Origin: Candidatus Eiseniibacteriota bacterium
Lineage (GTDB): Bacteria; Eisenbacteria; RBG-16-71-46; CAIMUX01
Assembly: GCA_903844735.1 (NCBI GenBank)
Contig: CAIMUX010000080.1
Span: 18,820-82,819, forward strand
Length of the DNA stretch: 64,000 nt
Direction of reading: 5' to 3'
Of the stretch, positions 62,692 through 64,000 are shown one piece after another. Each line of letters opens with the position of its first letter. Within the stretch, counting starts at the first letter, position 1. A model generated the notes under the pieces. It was not told where the DNA came from. It saw only the letters and a program-made list of their open reading frames with translations, and ran no database searches. Position numbers and translations under genes: made by a program.

Positions 62692-62728
62692 CGGCGCGGC
62701 CGCAGTTCATCACCGAGAGGTCCGGGTC

Positions 62729-63355
62729 ATGAAGACGCAGATCCCGCTCCTCATCTGCCTGGTGGCCGGGCTCTTCATGGGCTTGCAGTACTTCATCCCG
62801 GCGGCGTTGCCGGTCTACAACCGCGTGAACGACTACATCCAGGTGGTGACGGCGTTCTCGCTGGTGCTCGGGGTGGTCAACCTCATCCACCGACACATCG
62901 GGCGCATGCGGCCGAGCGGCCCACAGCGGCGGCGGCACAGGGACTGGCCATTTAGTCTCGCGGCGCTCGTCGGTCTGGTTGTCATGCTGTTTGCGGGGTT
63001 CGGGACCCAGCGCGGACCGATCTTCCAGTCGCTCTTCAACTCGATCCTCCTGCCGGTCCAATCGACGATGTTTGCGCTTCTGGCCTTCTACCTCGCGTCC
63101 GCGGCGTTCCGCGCCTTCCGCGTGCGCAGCGTGGACGCGGTGGTGCTGCTGGTGTCGGCGGTTGTGGTGATGGTTGGACGACTCGACGATGGCGGCGCCC
63201 TCGGGATTCCCTGGCTGTCACGGCAGATCCTCAACGGCCCGAACCTGGTGGCCAAGCGCGCCATCATCCTCGGGGTCGGACTCGGGATGGCCGCGACCGC
63301 TCTCAAGGTGGTGCTGGGGCTGGAACGGTCCTACCTCGGGTCGGGAAAGGAGTAG
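62729..63355 (+). CDS. cassette protein B, copy 2
   Basis: Paralogue of 51807–52421; 5–6 TMs. Confidence 0.6.
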   Translation: MKTQIPLLICLVAGLFMGLQYFIPAALPVYNRVNDYIQVVTAFSLVLGVVNLIHRHIGRMRPSGPQRRRHRDWPFSLAALVGLVVMLFAGFGTQRGPIFQSLFNSILLPVQSTMFALLAFYLASAAFRAFRVRSVDAVVLLVSAVVVMVGRLDDGGALGIPWLSRQILNGPNLVAKRAIILGVGLGMAATALKVVLGLERSYLGSGKE

Positions 63356-63358
63356 GCC

Positions 63359-64000
63359 GTGACAACCGTTGACCTGCTCCAGAGGTTACTGGTCCTGGAC
63401 CGGAGAATCATCTACGCCCTGCTCCTGGTCTGCGCGGTGGTGCCGTTCTACATGAACTGGCCGCCGATCAAGATGGAGGTCTCGAAAGAGACCCAGGACG
63501 CCTACGACGCCATCGACGCCATTCCGCCCGACGGGAACCCGCTGGTGCTCTCCTTCGACTACGACCCGGCCTCCGCGGCGGAGCTGACGCCGATGGCCGA
63601 AGCTGTGCTCCGGCACTGCTTCGCCAAGAAGATCCGCGTGCTCGGGATCAGCCTGCAGTACAGCGGCCAGGGAGCCGGGATCGCCGCGGAGGTGATGCCG
63701 CGGATCGCGCGCGAGTTCGGCCGCGAGCAGAATGTCGACTGGGCGTTCATGGGCTTCCAGCCGAATGCCGTGGTCGCCATGCTCCAGATGGGCGAAGACT
63801 TCAAGAAGACGTTTCCGACCGACTACTACGGCACGGCCGTCGACAAGATAGCGCTCATGGAGAACATCCAGAACTACGACCAGGTGCCGGCCGTGCTCAC
63901 GCTGGCCGGGACCGCCGTGGCCGAGAGCTGGGTGACCTATCCCGGCATGCGCTACGGCGTGACGATCCTGACCGGCCTGACCGCCGTCTATGTCGCCGAC
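63359..64000 (+). CDS. cassette protein C, copy 2 (3' truncated by window end)
   Basis: GTG start 3 nt after the B2 stop. Translation VTTVDLLQRLLVLDRRIIYALLLVCAVVPFY… paralogous to 52431–53258. No stop before the window end. Confidence 0.55.
   Translation, partial: MTTVDLLQRLLVLDRRIIYALLLVCAVVPFYMNWPPIKMEVSKETQDAYDAIDAIPPDGNPLVLSFDYDPASAAELTPMAEAVLRHCFAKKIRVLGISLQYSGQGAGIAAEVMPRIAREFGREQNVDWAFMGFQPNAVVAMLQMGEDFKKTFPTDYYGTAVDKIALMENIQNYDQVPAVLTLAGTAVAESWVTYPGMRYGVTILTGLTAVYVAD

Overview
High-GC (about 65–70 %) bacterial chromosomal segment that spans the replication-origin neighbourhood. Minus strand: ileS, then gyrA-gyrB-DUF721-dnaN-dnaA, with DnaA boxes in an AT-rich dnaN–dnaA spacer and upstream of dnaA. 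Plus strand from about 37.2 kb: rpmH-rnpA-yidD-yidC-jag-rsmG, a parS-like palindrome, parA-parB, a membrane coiled-coil protein and bactofilin. A 1206-aa beta-propeller protein carries a T9SS-type C-terminal sorting domain, and there are two GldJ/GldK/PorK-like FGE-sulfatase-domain lipoproteins, so the source is probably a Gemmatimonadota-like or other FCB-group bacterium (inference only). The left third holds a lipid cluster: SPT/BioF-like alpha-oxoamine synthase, a CerR-like NAD-epimerase-fold protein and a noticeably lower-GC FabF-like KAS II, next to a radical-SAM/SPASM gene. It also holds TldD/PmbA, an ion transporter, an Fe/B12-type ABC importer and a LemA–NTase–TPM operon. The most interesting part is the right quarter, 45–64 kb: a four-gene membrane-protein cassette is present in two paralogous copies, at 50.5–53.9 kb and from 61.5 kb to the window end. 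Its parts are an FN3 plus 2-TM protein with a conserved ~250-aa domain, a ~205-aa polytopic protein, a ~275-aa bitopic protein and a ~223-aa 6-TM protein. Each copy sits a few kb downstream of an FGE-sulfatase-domain lipoprotein and is preceded by a G9 homopolymer. A GGDEF/EAL sensor is divergent to copy 1; a TSUP/DUF1634 pair and a B3/4-domain gene sit upstream of copy 2. I could not assign the cassette proteins to any family I know, so it is a candidate undescribed envelope system. Other observations: a recurring non-coding motif (CTGAGATTCGGAGGGAACGAA with a downstream AGCCGTTTCTGG box) and a REP/MITE-like repeat family (TAGACAGAATTCAG … GTCAGAAT). No CRISPR, rRNA or convincing tRNA was seen.
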